Below are positions 47,916 through 57,437 of a DNA stretch of 64,000 bases, in pieces. The DNA comes from Candidatus Latescibacterota bacterium (GTDB lineage: Bacteria > Latescibacterota > UBA2968 > UBA8231), in assembly GCA_965200315.1 (NCBI GenBank), contig OZ241362.1, positions 2,272,001-2,336,000 on the forward strand. Direction: 5' to 3'. The stretch's first letter is position 1, and each line of letters opens with the position of its first letter. The translations under genes and the position numbers were made by a program. The notes under the pieces were generated by a model. It saw only the letters and a list, made by a program, of their open reading frames with translations, searched no databases and was not told the DNA's origin.

Positions 47916-50570
47916 ATGGGCCGGAAGTTTTTCGGTGCCCTGCTAACAGGTTGCCTTTTGGCAGGTGGAGTATTAGCCGAAGGCATGCAATCGGGCTTTC
48001 TCAACCCCTATGTCACCAGCGGTGTGCGGATATCGCCCCAGACCATCACGCCGACTATGCGGAAATGGTATCTGCCCCAAACGCTCTACGATATTTACGG
48101 GTGGAAAAACTGGGAGTACACCAACTACGCCAAGGATCGCTACGAGCGCTATACCGACATCGTCCTACAGGGTCAGCGCTTTTACGATATCTACGGAAAT
48201 TACATCACGCGCGGCTGGAAGATCTACGAGTGGGCGCAGCAGCACCCCACGGAAACAGGTAGCGCGATCGACAAGTCTGTAGAGTTCAACAACTGGTTCA
48301 ACAACTTAGTCATTTCAACGGCGTCGCAGGGCCAATATCACATGGCGTTGACCGTGGGCGAGCAGCTAAGGACGACGCTGACGCCGATGACTCTTTCCAA
48401 ACCGCTATTCAACGGCTTGCAGTGGGATTTCCTTTCCGATAAATACGCCCTGACGCTAATCGCCTCGCGCACAGACAACCCCGCCCTGGCGGCTACGGCG
48501 ACCAACCGCGATCAAGGGGCCACAGTGCGCACGATCTTCACCAATCTGGTTGGCCTGCGCGGCACGGCCCAGGTCGGAGACTTTATCAAGCTGGGCACCA
48601 CCTATGTCAACGCCGGCCACTGGAATAGCTCGGAGAGCTTCGGCAACAATTCTCTCAAGGGCACGCTCGGCGGCAACCTGCAAGCGGGCAACGTGCAGCG
48701 CCTCCTCGTGCGTCTATCCGACGATTCGCCCGAGGACAGCGAGGGGGGCGCATTGCTCTTTCTGCACCGCGTGTACATAAATGGCGTAGAGCATCCCGAA
48801 ATTTCCGACCGGGCACTGGTAGATGGCGGCATCCGGCGGCAGGGGCGCTGGGAAGCCAGCGGCGGCAACAACATCATCATTACCTACGACATCGAGCGCG
48901 ACTTCACGCCTATTCCCGGCGAAGACGAGATCATCGATTTCAAGGAAATCAAAAAGATCGAGATCGAGCTGGTCCTGGCCAATGACTATGCCGTTGAAGT
49001 CACTTCCAATATGCAGGTCAACAACACGGGCGAACCCGTATTTTTACCCGTCACCCGTGCGGAGAAAAACATCAAGGACGGCTCCAACCAACGCGTGGTG
49101 CGCTTTAGCTACGGCTTGCCGACGGCCAACGAAGTCGCCGGTCTCACCATGGAAATCGACGATCTCTTCGGCGGATTTAACTTGCGCGCCGAATACAATA
49201 TCAACCGCAAATACCGCCGTTTCCCCAACCAGAACTTTACCTACAATCAGGCCCTCGGAAAAGAGAGCGCGGAGGGCTACTATGCAACGGCCTCGCACAA
49301 TATGTACCCGTGGTTTGCTTATGGCGAAATTTTTAGCATGGACCCGGGCTATCAAACATTCATGTTCGTGCCCGACAGCAACGGGCGCATCAACTACGAA
49401 AGTGCTGTAAACAACGTTTACGAATTCGTGGACGACAACGATGACCAAGACCGCTTCCCCGACTGGCGTAGGCGCGCCTTTAGCAGTTCCTCGTCGGAGC
49501 GCTTGCTGATCCAGCGAGCTGATGTGGCTGTCTTTCCCGGCTACGACGAGAACAACGACTTAGTGTCGGACTTCAACCAAAACGACAACGGCATGCCGGA
49601 TTATTTGGAGCCCTTTGTGCGCTACGATGTCGATCCGCTGGAATTTCTCTACGGCACGGACATGAACAACAATACAGTGATCGACCGCTTTGAGAACGAC
49701 GAGGAAGCGGACTACCCGTATCCACGCGACCACCGCGGTTACAACTTCTACGGTGGTGCCGAACTCAAACCGGGCAGCCGCATAATGGTCGGTCGCCTGC
49801 GCGAGCGGCTACTGAGCAGCAATCGCCGCAACCAGTCGCTTTATGGTCTGCTGACGCTGACTCACGAGGTGCCTCGCCACGGTTTGCAGATGCAGCTCTA
49901 CAATGGTCTTCGCCGCGTCAAGGACAATATCCCCGAAGACATCATTCTGTGGGTGCAGAGTCCGCGCACGCGGGGCGATATGCGCCCATTCGTCGATCCT
50001 ATGATCGCGCAGGATGCGCTGATCAACACCTCCTTTCTGAGTGCGCGTACGCGCAAATATGCCCCGCTCAATCTAGAAACCAAGCTGAAGTACGAGATAT
50101 ATCACCAGCGCGGAGACCAGCAGCCGGCAAATTGGCAGGACGAAAAGCTCTTCGCGCTGATCACCAAAGCGGACCTGCCCATTCCGGTGGGTAAACACGT
50201 GCTGTGGCCTAGGTGGAAACAGCTCTACAAGCGGCGCTCACCCACAGATAAAAATGAGCTGGAGAATAACGAGCTATCGGAAATTTTCTTCTTCGTGTGG
50301 CAGCAGGAGCTGATCAGTACGATGCGCCTAGAGTCCGGCATCGAGTACGAGATTTTCAGGAATATGGTCGCACACACTGATCCACTGCCCGCCGGATACG
50401 TGGACGATTTTGAACAGTTCGTGATTGCTGCACAACTATCCAATCGCTCGGACTATCTGGGCTATCGCCTAATGACCAACATCGGCGGACGCTGGGAGCG
50501 GCGAGATTTCCGCGACGAGACGACGACGGATCTGGTGCTGTTTCTGAGCATGTTTGCCGGATTGCAATAA
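47916..50570 (+). CDS. Large exported hypothetical protein, probable outer-membrane barrel with Ca-binding-like loops
   Basis: Signal peptide, GGAGG RBS, DDNDDQDRFPD, DENNDLVSD, DMNNNTVID loops, amphipathic C-terminal strands. Confidence 0.72.
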   Translation: MGRKFFGALLTGCLLAGGVLAEGMQSGFLNPYVTSGVRISPQTITPTMRKWYLPQTLYDIYGWKNWEYTNYAKDRYERYTDIVLQGQRFYDIYGNYITRGWKIYEWAQQHPTETGSAIDKSVEFNNWFNNLVISTASQGQYHMALTVGEQLRTTLTPMTLSKPLFNGLQWDFLSDKYALTLIASRTDNPALAATATNRDQGATVRTIFTNLVGLRGTAQVGDFIKLGTTYVNAGHWNSSESFGNNSLKGTLGGNLQAGNVQRLLVRLSDDSPEDSEGGALLFLHRVYINGVEHPEISDRALVDGGIRRQGRWEASGGNNIIITYDIERDFTPIPGEDEIIDFKEIKKIEIELVLANDYAVEVTSNMQVNNTGEPVFLPVTRAEKNIKDGSNQRVVRFSYGLPTANEVAGLTMEIDDLFGGFNLRAEYNINRKYRRFPNQNFTYNQALGKESAEGYYATASHNMYPWFAYGEIFSMDPGYQTFMFVPDSNGRINYESAVNNVYEFVDDNDDQDRFPDWRRRAFSSSSSERLLIQRADVAVFPGYDENNDLVSDFNQNDNGMPDYLEPFVRYDVDPLEFLYGTDMNNNTVIDRFENDEEADYPYPRDHRGYNFYGGAELKPGSRIMVGRLRERLLSSNRRNQSLYGLLTLTHEVPRHGLQMQLYNGLRRVKDNIPEDIILWVQSPRTRGDMRPFVDPMIAQDALINTSFLSARTRKYAPLNLETKLKYEIYHQRGDQQPANWQDEKLFALITKADLPIPVGKHVLWPRWKQLYKRRSPTDKNELENNELSEIFFFVWQQELISTMRLESGIEYEIFRNMVAHTDPLPAGYVDDFEQFVIAAQLSNRSDYLGYRLMTNIGGRWERRDFRDETTTDLVLFLSMFAGLQ

Positions 50571-50616
50571 CGCCTGACAAATCTGCCTTTGTGCAGTCTG
50601 ATGTCTGCACCGATTA

Positions 50617-52365
50617 ATGGAATTACATCGACTGCATACTTCCCGCGATATGTGTTCTTTCTATTTGCCCATCGTTGCGGTTTTCTTTAGCTGGGGTATG
50701 GCGCTGATCGTGGGGTGCTCAAAAGAAACTTCCGCTCCATCTACAGCAGCCACTACACCCAAGCCCCAATTGGCTAGAAATGCACTACCGAAATTCGTCG
50801 ATGCCACTGCCGCTGCCGGCATCCACTTTGCTCATGTGAATGGTGGCAGTGGTCGTTTCTATTACGTGGAGACCTATGGCTCGGGAGCGGCTTTTATCGA
50901 CTACGACAGCGATGGCGACGAAGACCTATACCTAGTCAATGGGGCCGTATTGCCGGGCTTTTTGGAGCGGCGCAGGCCGAAAAACGTCCTATATCGAAAC
51001 AAGGGGAATGGGAAGTTCGAGGAAATAACAGACAAAGCAGGAGTCGGCGATGAAGGGTATGGCATGGGGGTCTGCGCGGGAGATTACAACAACGACGGTC
51101 ATGTCGATCTTTATGTCACGAACTTCGGTGCCAATGTGTTGTATAGCAATGGCGGCGACGGTTCATTTGTCGATGCGACAGAAACCGCTGGCATTGGCGA
51201 CAAACGCTTGAGTATGAGCGCGGCCTTTGCCGACATCGACAACGATGGCGATCTAGACCTCTACGTTTCCAACAATACCGATTTTACCCTCGAAAACCAC
51301 AAAGAATGCAGGCATGGTTCCATACGCGTCTATTGCGGTCCAGGTCAATACAAGGGGGCATCGGGAATCATGTACCGCAATGAGGGGAATGGAACGTTTG
51401 CCGACGTGACGGCAGAAATGGGCCTTTATAACGACCGCTGTCGTCAACTCGGCGTGGTATTTGGCGATTACGACAACGACGGCGATGCGGATCTGTTTGT
51501 CGCCAATGATATGACTCCGAACTTTCTCTTTCGCAACGAGGGAGGGACGCGGTTTTCCAATATTGGGCTGAATGCTGGCGTCGCCTTCAGCCCGGACGGC
51601 AAACCCGAGGCGGGCATGGGCACGGACTTTGGCGACTACGACAACGACGGATACCTCGACCTCGTCGTCTGCAACTTCCAGTGGGAACACTGTCGCCTGT
51701 TAAAAAACGAGCGAGGCGATGTGTTTAAAGACCAGATACACGAGTCCAAACTGGACGAACCGACCTTCTCGACGTTGACCTTTGGCACGGACTTTCTCGA
51801 CTACGACAACGACGGATACCTCGACCTGTTCCTAGCCAACGGACACGTCGAACCGAATATAGAAATTATCGACCGCGCCGGACCTTCCTACGCGCAGCGG
51901 GATCAACTCTTCCACAACAACAAAGACGGAACCTTCACCGACGTCAGCACCGACTCGCCGGGCTTGGCCACCGCCTCGGTCGGACGCGGATCGGCGACCG
52001 CCGACTACGACAACGACGGCGACCTCGATCTGTTCGTCAGCAACAACAACCAACGTGGCCTGCTGCTGCGCAACGACGGCGGCAACCGCCAGCACTGGCT
52101 GTCGGTACACACGGTGGGCACCCACAGCAACCGCGACGGCATCGGCGCACGCATTCGGGTGATAGCCGGCGGCTCAGAACAGGTCAAAGAAGTGCGATCG
52201 GGCAGTTCGTATCTGTCGCAGAATGCGCTGCGGGTACATTTTGGCTTAGGGACGCACACGCGGGTGAATCGGGTGGAGATTCGCTGGCCGAGTGGGGTTA
52301 AGCAGGTGTTGGAAGGCGTGGCGGCTGATCAATTCCTCACCGTCCGAGAGCCGGAAAAACCATAG
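50617..52365 (+). CDS. CRTAC1-family protein (FG-GAP repeats + ASPIC/UnbV domain)
   Basis: Repeated DYDNDGDxDLxVxN motifs; SNRDGIGARI...GSSYLSQ...HFGLG...RWPSG; start uncertain. Confidence 0.92.
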   Translation: MELHRLHTSRDMCSFYLPIVAVFFSWGMALIVGCSKETSAPSTAATTPKPQLARNALPKFVDATAAAGIHFAHVNGGSGRFYYVETYGSGAAFIDYDSDGDEDLYLVNGAVLPGFLERRRPKNVLYRNKGNGKFEEITDKAGVGDEGYGMGVCAGDYNNDGHVDLYVTNFGANVLYSNGGDGSFVDATETAGIGDKRLSMSAAFADIDNDGDLDLYVSNNTDFTLENHKECRHGSIRVYCGPGQYKGASGIMYRNEGNGTFADVTAEMGLYNDRCRQLGVVFGDYDNDGDADLFVANDMTPNFLFRNEGGTRFSNIGLNAGVAFSPDGKPEAGMGTDFGDYDNDGYLDLVVCNFQWEHCRLLKNERGDVFKDQIHESKLDEPTFSTLTFGTDFLDYDNDGYLDLFLANGHVEPNIEIIDRAGPSYAQRDQLFHNNKDGTFTDVSTDSPGLATASVGRGSATADYDNDGDLDLFVSNNNQRGLLLRNDGGNRQHWLSVHTVGTHSNRDGIGARIRVIAGGSEQVKEVRSGSSYLSQNALRVHFGLGTHTRVNRVEIRWPSGVKQVLEGVAADQFLTVREPEKP

Positions 52366-52386
52366 GACCAAAAGGACAAGGCGAAC

Positions 52387-53922
52387 GTGAAGTGGTCTAA
52401 TAGCGTACTATGGCTGGCGTGGATAACGGCTTTTGGCTGCGGTGGCGCGCTAGAAGAAGCTCCTATCGTAGAGAAAAAGGAAGACCGCACGATAGAAATG
52501 AGTTATTTGGATCGCATTCGCGCCGATTCCAGCGACGTAGCAGCGCACTACGAGTTGGGGGCATTCTATTTAAAACACGCCGTGTATGGGGAAGCACTGC
52601 GATATTTCAGTGAGACCTTCCGCATCGACTCACTGCACGTACGGGCGTTGCTGGGAGCCGGCGAAGTTATGACTCGACAGGGCGAGTTGGAACGGGCGTT
52701 GGCCGTATATCGCCGGGCCATTGCCCTCGCGCCCGACAGCGCCGCGGTCTATCGCCAGCTCGGCCAACTCTATTTGCGCACAGACGACGATAATAGGGCG
52801 CGAGCGACGTTTGCAAAAGCGTTGCAATTAGCACCCGCTTACGCTCCTGCCCACTACAATCTAGGCGTGGCGCATGCCCGCGATCACGACTACAAGACCG
52901 CAGCCCAGCACATGCAGCGAGCACTGGAAATAGACCCCGAGTACGCGCTGGTGTACTACAGTCTGGCGGAGATGTACTGTGCCAAGATGGGGCAATGCAA
53001 ACGGGCTGTGGATATGGCGAGAAAAGCCGTTAAAATAGAACCTAGGCGTGCGCGTTACCACACGGCATTAGGGCACATCTATATGCGATTGAATCGCCAC
53101 GAAGAAGCGCAGGCGGCCTTTCGCGCAGCCATTGAGCGCGATTCGGCGGCTGTAGAGGCCCTAAATGGGCTGGGAATGGTGCTCGCCCAACAGGGCAAAG
53201 AGGCCGAAGCGGCGACCGTACTCGAGAAAAGCATCGCCCTGGACCCGGCCTATCCAGAAGCGCACTTGACCCTGTCCAAAGTGTATATGAAGCAGGGAAA
53301 GGCAGAGGAAGGGCAGAGGCAAATCGGGATGTTCAAGCGCCTTCATCCGCATTTCGATACCATTCGCGATCAGCGTTTGCGCCTCAAAGGCCACGCCGAC
53401 GATGCCGTAGCCCGCTATAACCTAGGAGTGATCTACGCGAAGCTGGGTTTTGCTGAAATGGCTGCTCAAGAGTACAAAGCCTCGCTGAAGATCAACCCCG
53501 CCCAGATACAGGCCTGGCAGAATTTGGGTACGGCCTATATGCGGCTACAGAGGGTTGACGATGCCATCACAGCCTATCGCCAAGCCCTGACTTTAGACGA
53601 GGACTATGCGTTGGCATGGTTTAATCTCGGCAGCGCCTATTTGATGAAAGACTATCCGGTGCAGGCGCGCTCGGCTTATGAGCGCGCTTTGGCAATAAAG
53701 GAAAACTACGTCGATGCGATAAACGGCTTAGGTAATGCCAAACTCCGCGCAGGCAATGTTAGGGAGGCCATCGGCGACTTTAAGGCGGTTTTGCGAGCCG
53801 ATTCTACCTATGTCGGTGCCCATTATAGTTTGGCGGTGGCCTATCGAGAAGTGGGAGACTCCCTTGCGGCTCAGCAGCAGATACGCCTTTTCGCGCACAA
53901 GCAAAAAGAGCGCACCGAGTGA
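52387..53922 (+). CDS. Multi-TPR lipoprotein
   Basis: AFGC lipobox; many AxYNLG / A..L.P TPR units. Confidence 0.9.
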   Translation: MKWSNSVLWLAWITAFGCGGALEEAPIVEKKEDRTIEMSYLDRIRADSSDVAAHYELGAFYLKHAVYGEALRYFSETFRIDSLHVRALLGAGEVMTRQGELERALAVYRRAIALAPDSAAVYRQLGQLYLRTDDDNRARATFAKALQLAPAYAPAHYNLGVAHARDHDYKTAAQHMQRALEIDPEYALVYYSLAEMYCAKMGQCKRAVDMARKAVKIEPRRARYHTALGHIYMRLNRHEEAQAAFRAAIERDSAAVEALNGLGMVLAQQGKEAEAATVLEKSIALDPAYPEAHLTLSKVYMKQGKAEEGQRQIGMFKRLHPHFDTIRDQRLRLKGHADDAVARYNLGVIYAKLGFAEMAAQEYKASLKINPAQIQAWQNLGTAYMRLQRVDDAITAYRQALTLDEDYALAWFNLGSAYLMKDYPVQARSAYERALAIKENYVDAINGLGNAKLRAGNVREAIGDFKAVLRADSTYVGAHYSLAVAYREVGDSLAAQQQIRLFAHKQKERTE

Positions 53923-53956
53923 ACTGGACGCGTTGCAACAGTCGCTTTTTGGTCTC

Positions 53957-54032
53957 CGCTGGCCGAGTGGGGTAAAGCAGGTGTTGTAAGACATAGCCGT
54001 TAATCAGTTCCTCACGGTTCAAGAGCCAGAAA
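53957..54032 (+). pseudogene. Relic of the 3' end of a second CRTAC1/ASPIC gene
   Basis: 63 of 76 nt identical (hand count) to 52282-52357; reads RWPSGVKQVL*DIAVNQFLTVQEPE. Confidence 0.8.
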
Positions 54033-54074
54033 TCCGCGAAAGGAAAACGCAAAATTGCCGCAATGGAGGTGCTT

Positions 54075-54341
54075 ATGAAACACTGGAGTTTTGTGGGCTG
54101 TGCAGTCATGGGCCTGCTGTGGATTAGCTGTGCGACACTCTCTCAGCTCGAGGCACAGCGTATCGCTATCAATACGGCGTCGCGCGCCCAGCTAGAAACG
54201 CTACCCGGGATAGGGCCGGCAGTGGCTCAGAGGATAATTGAGGGCCGTCCCTATTACAATTCAAAAGGCTTGCTCAACATAAAGGGCATTGATATGCAGC
54301 GCTTAAAGGCAATCGAACCCTATATAACTGTCGTCAAGTAG
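54075..54341 (+). CDS. ComEA-like helix-hairpin-helix DNA-binding protein, exported
   Basis: INTASRAQLETLPGIGPAVAQRII..RPY...L..IKGI; GGAGG RBS before ATG 54075. Confidence 0.88.
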   Translation: MKHWSFVGCAVMGLLWISCATLSQLEAQRIAINTASRAQLETLPGIGPAVAQRIIEGRPYYNSKGLLNIKGIDMQRLKAIEPYITVVK

Positions 54342-54379
54342 CTACCTAACCAACCATGGATGGGATGAAGGAGTACAAA

Positions 54380-54897
54380 ATGAGCGATGAACACATCGGC
54401 CGGGCCGAAGACGTAGTGAACAGCAATTCGCGGCCATCAGACTTGAAGATCACCGATATGCGGCTAGCCGTTGTGTGCAGCAACTACGACTAGCCGCTTA
54501 TTCGCATTGACACCAACCAAGACATCTACGGCATCGGCGAGGTGCGCGACGCTGGGCACAAGGAAGACGCGCTACAGTACAAAGCCAGTTGCTGGGTCAG
54601 AATCCGTGCAATATCGACATGATTTTCCGCTCGATAAAGCAATTTGGCAACTGGGGGCGCTCGGGCGGTGGCGTGTCGGGTATCGAACTGGCACTGTGGG
54701 ATCTGATCGGCAAGGTCTATGGAGTACCCTGCTATCAGTTTCTGGGCGGCAAATACCGCGACAAGGTGCGCCTGTATGCCGACACACCCGAGCCGGAAGA
54801 CCCGACGCCACAAGCTTATGCCGAGCGGGTGAAAGGGCGCATGGACTTAGGCACTGACCTTCATCAAATTCGACATCCGCATGCCGCGCTACGATGA
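54380..54897 (+). pseudogene. Disrupted mandelate racemase/muconate lactonising enzyme family gene
   Basis: SDLKITD...PLIRIDTNQ..YG.GEVRD...SGIELALWDL.GK..GVP.YQ.LGGKYRDKVRLY; in-frame TAG at 54491, frameshifts near 54585 and 54855, truncated. Confidence 0.85.
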
Positions 54898-54901
54898 GCG
54901 T

Positions 54902-55039
54902 GTAGAACGGGCACCGGCGGGCAAGCTGGCGCTAGACGAGGGCGACAAGCGGGAGATCGAAACCTTGCTGGAGACGGCTATATCCTCAAGCGCCGTGGGT
55001 GTTCAGCACCCTAGTAGAACGGGCACCGGCGGGCAAGCT
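54902..55039 (+). repeat. Exact 26-bp direct repeat pair
   Basis: GTAGAACGGGCACCGGCGGGCAAGCT at 54902-54927 and 55014-55039. Confidence 0.9.
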
Positions 55040-55182
55040 CGCGGGGGATATCGAGTCGTTTCCGACATTACCGGAGCACTGAGCGGTTGGCTGGGGTGTT
55101 CGACGGGCCGATTATGGTCCAGAACGCCGATATGTCGTACGTCAAGGAGGAGCGGCAGCCCGGTCCTAAACATTGATGAATT

Positions 55183-56541
55183 ATGGACCGCTCTATTCTG
55201 TTCTATAGCCTTTGCATACTCGGCGTTGTGGGCTTGCTCAGCGTGCCCACAGCACGTTCCCTGCTACTGGGGCTCGATGCGCCCGCGCAAAAGGAGAGTA
55301 GGCGCGCGGAGATCGTCTTGGCCGGCTGGGGCAATACGCAGGAAGTGGCCATGCTCAATCAGCTCATGGCCGATTTTGAAGCTGGTAATCCAGACATAAA
55401 GGTCAAGTTCATCCACATCCAGCAAAATTTCAACACCGTGCTGCTGACCATGATGGCCGGAGGGCGCTCGCCCGACATCTTTTACGTAGCACCGACCACT
55501 TTGGGCAGCATGTTGTCTAAAGGGGTGCTCCTCGACTTGGAACCTTATCTGAAAAAGAGCCAAGTCGTCGGCGTTGAGGACTTTTTTCCGCAAACGGTCG
55601 CGCCCTACCGCTGGGACGGCAAGCACTTTGGCCAAGGGCCGATCTACGGGCTGTGCAAAGACTGGTCGCCTGACTTTTTGATTTTCTACAACAAGACCCT
55701 GTTTGACGAGGCAGGTATTCCCCATCCAGACGGCAGTTGGACACGCGAAGAATTCGTGGCTATTGCCCGGCGCTTGACCAAACGCGACGAGCAAGGGCGC
55801 ATCGTCCAGTTTGGCGTTTACAACAACGCCAATCCAGAGCAGTGGATCTGGCAGTCGGGCGGGCGCATCTTCTCCGCCGATCGGATGCGCGTGTTGCTCG
55901 AAAGCCCAGAGGTGATCGAGGCACTGCAATTTGCAGCCGACCTGTCCACGCGCTGGCACGTGGCACCAGGCTACGCCGAGCAGGCGCAGAGTCCGGTAAA
56001 CGTGATGTTCGAGACGGGGCGCATGGCCATGTGTTTTTACGGCCAGTGGTTTGTGCCCCAGTTTCGCAAAAATATCAAGAGCTTTGCGTGGGGAGTCGCG
56101 ACGCCTCCGCGCCACAAAGTAGATATTTATCTGTCCGGCGGCATGGTCGGTTATGGCATATACGCCCATACCAAACACCCACAAGAGGCGTGGCGCTTTA
56201 TGGAATATCTGGTCGGGCCCCAAGGACAGGAGGCCATTGCCAAGATCGGCTGGAATATTCCCGGCCGCCGGGAAACCGCGTACAGCCCTACTTTCGTAGA
56301 AAATCCCACTCTCGATGCGGAGATCACCCAGACCTTTCTCAAGGCCGCGGAGCGCACCGAATTATTTCAGCGCAGCCCCTATATCAATCCCGCCGAATAC
56401 AATCTGCTATTTAATCCAGAGTGGGAACTGGTCATGCTCGGTGAAAAGAGCGTACCTGAGGCCCTAGCAGATGCCTCCCGAAAAATCAACCAAGCCATTC
56501 GCGACAACATGGCTCTGCAGAAGGCCAAGGTGGACGGATGA
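55183..56541 (+). CDS. Sugar ABC transporter substrate-binding protein (CUT1)
   Basis: N-terminal anchor, PDIF, FYNKTLFDEAGI..P...WT, F.TGRMAM, EAWRFMEYL. Confidence 0.92.
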   Translation: MDRSILFYSLCILGVVGLLSVPTARSLLLGLDAPAQKESRRAEIVLAGWGNTQEVAMLNQLMADFEAGNPDIKVKFIHIQQNFNTVLLTMMAGGRSPDIFYVAPTTLGSMLSKGVLLDLEPYLKKSQVVGVEDFFPQTVAPYRWDGKHFGQGPIYGLCKDWSPDFLIFYNKTLFDEAGIPHPDGSWTREEFVAIARRLTKRDEQGRIVQFGVYNNANPEQWIWQSGGRIFSADRMRVLLESPEVIEALQFAADLSTRWHVAPGYAEQAQSPVNVMFETGRMAMCFYGQWFVPQFRKNIKSFAWGVATPPRHKVDIYLSGGMVGYGIYAHTKHPQEAWRFMEYLVGPQGQEAIAKIGWNIPGRRETAYSPTFVENPTLDAEITQTFLKAAERTELFQRSPYINPAEYNLLFNPEWELVMLGEKSVPEALADASRKINQAIRDNMALQKAKVDG

Positions 56542-57437
56542 AACTCAATCTGCGAGAGAACCTCGAAGGGTATCTCTTCATATCGCCGTGGATTTTGGGC
56601 ATGGTGCTCTTTGCCCTCGGGCCGATACTGGCCAGCTTTGGTTTGGCCTTCACGCGCTGGAACCTCTTTACGGAACCAGAGTACGTGGGATGGGCCAATT
56701 TTCAGAAGCTGGCACACGACCCGCTCTTTTACAAATCGGTGTTCAATACGATCTACTATACGGTTTTTGCCGTACCGCTGGGGCTCGTGCTGGCGCTGGG
56801 ACTGGCCATGCTGGTCAACCACCGCCTGCGCGGGATCAATTTTTTTCGCACGGCTTTTTTTCTGCCCAACGTCGTGGCGGGCATCGCCATGCTATTGCTG
56901 TGGAAATGGCTCTTCGATCCCAATTTTGGCTTGATTAACCTGTTCCTCGACTGGACTGGATTGATGGCAGTGTTGGAGTGGATAGGCATTGGCCGGCCCC
57001 AGTGGCTCTCATCGCGGGCGGGTGCCATGCCGGGCATGATCTTTATGAGTATATGGGGATTGGGCGGATCGATGATGATCTTTCTCGCTGGCCTACAGAA
57101 TATTCCCCGCGAATTGCTCGAAGCGGCGGAACTGGACGGGGCCGGGCCGTGGAAGCGCTTTAGATACGTCACCGTGCCGCTGCTGACCCCGACGATTTTT
57201 TTCCTGACGATGGTCGGCGTGATTGCCTCGCTACAGATCTTTAACCAAGCCTATGTCATGACCGAGGGCGGGCCAGCACACGCGACCTTGTTCTACGTCC
57301 TGTATCTCTTTCAAACGGCCTTCGAGCGATTCGAGATGGGCTATGCCTGCGCCATGGCCTTGGTCCTTTTTATAATCACGCTGACCGTCTCGCTGATCCA
57401 ACTAGCGATGGGCAAAAAATGGGTACACTACCAATGA
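56538..57437 (+). CDS. Sugar ABC transporter permease
   Basis: YLFISPW, FRTAFFLP, LAGLQNIPRELLEAAELDGA (EAA loop). Confidence 0.95.
   Translation: MKLNLRENLEGYLFISPWILGMVLFALGPILASFGLAFTRWNLFTEPEYVGWANFQKLAHDPLFYKSVFNTIYYTVFAVPLGLVLALGLAMLVNHRLRGINFFRTAFFLPNVVAGIAMLLLWKWLFDPNFGLINLFLDWTGLMAVLEWIGIGRPQWLSSRAGAMPGMIFMSIWGLGGSMMIFLAGLQNIPRELLEAAELDGAGPWKRFRYVTVPLLTPTIFFLTMVGVIASLQIFNQAYVMTEGGPAHATLFYVLYLFQTAFERFEMGYACAMALVLFIITLTVSLIQLAMGKKWVHYQ

Noticed and set aside
52282-54032. Diversity-generating retroelement TR/VR pair
   Set aside because: Only 7 of 13 differences are at adenines of the putative template, changes are mostly synonymous or conservative, and no reverse transcriptase is present.
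54491-54493. Amber readthrough or pyrrolysine recoding
   Set aside because: The same gene also has frameshifts and is truncated, so ordinary pseudogenisation explains the stop.
54902-55039. CRISPR array from the 26-bp direct repeats
   Set aside because: Two copies, an 86-bp interval, no CRISPR-like terminus or palindrome.
55264-56223. 319-aa antisense ORF
   Set aside because: Lies opposite the ABC substrate-binding gene and has no recognisable motifs.
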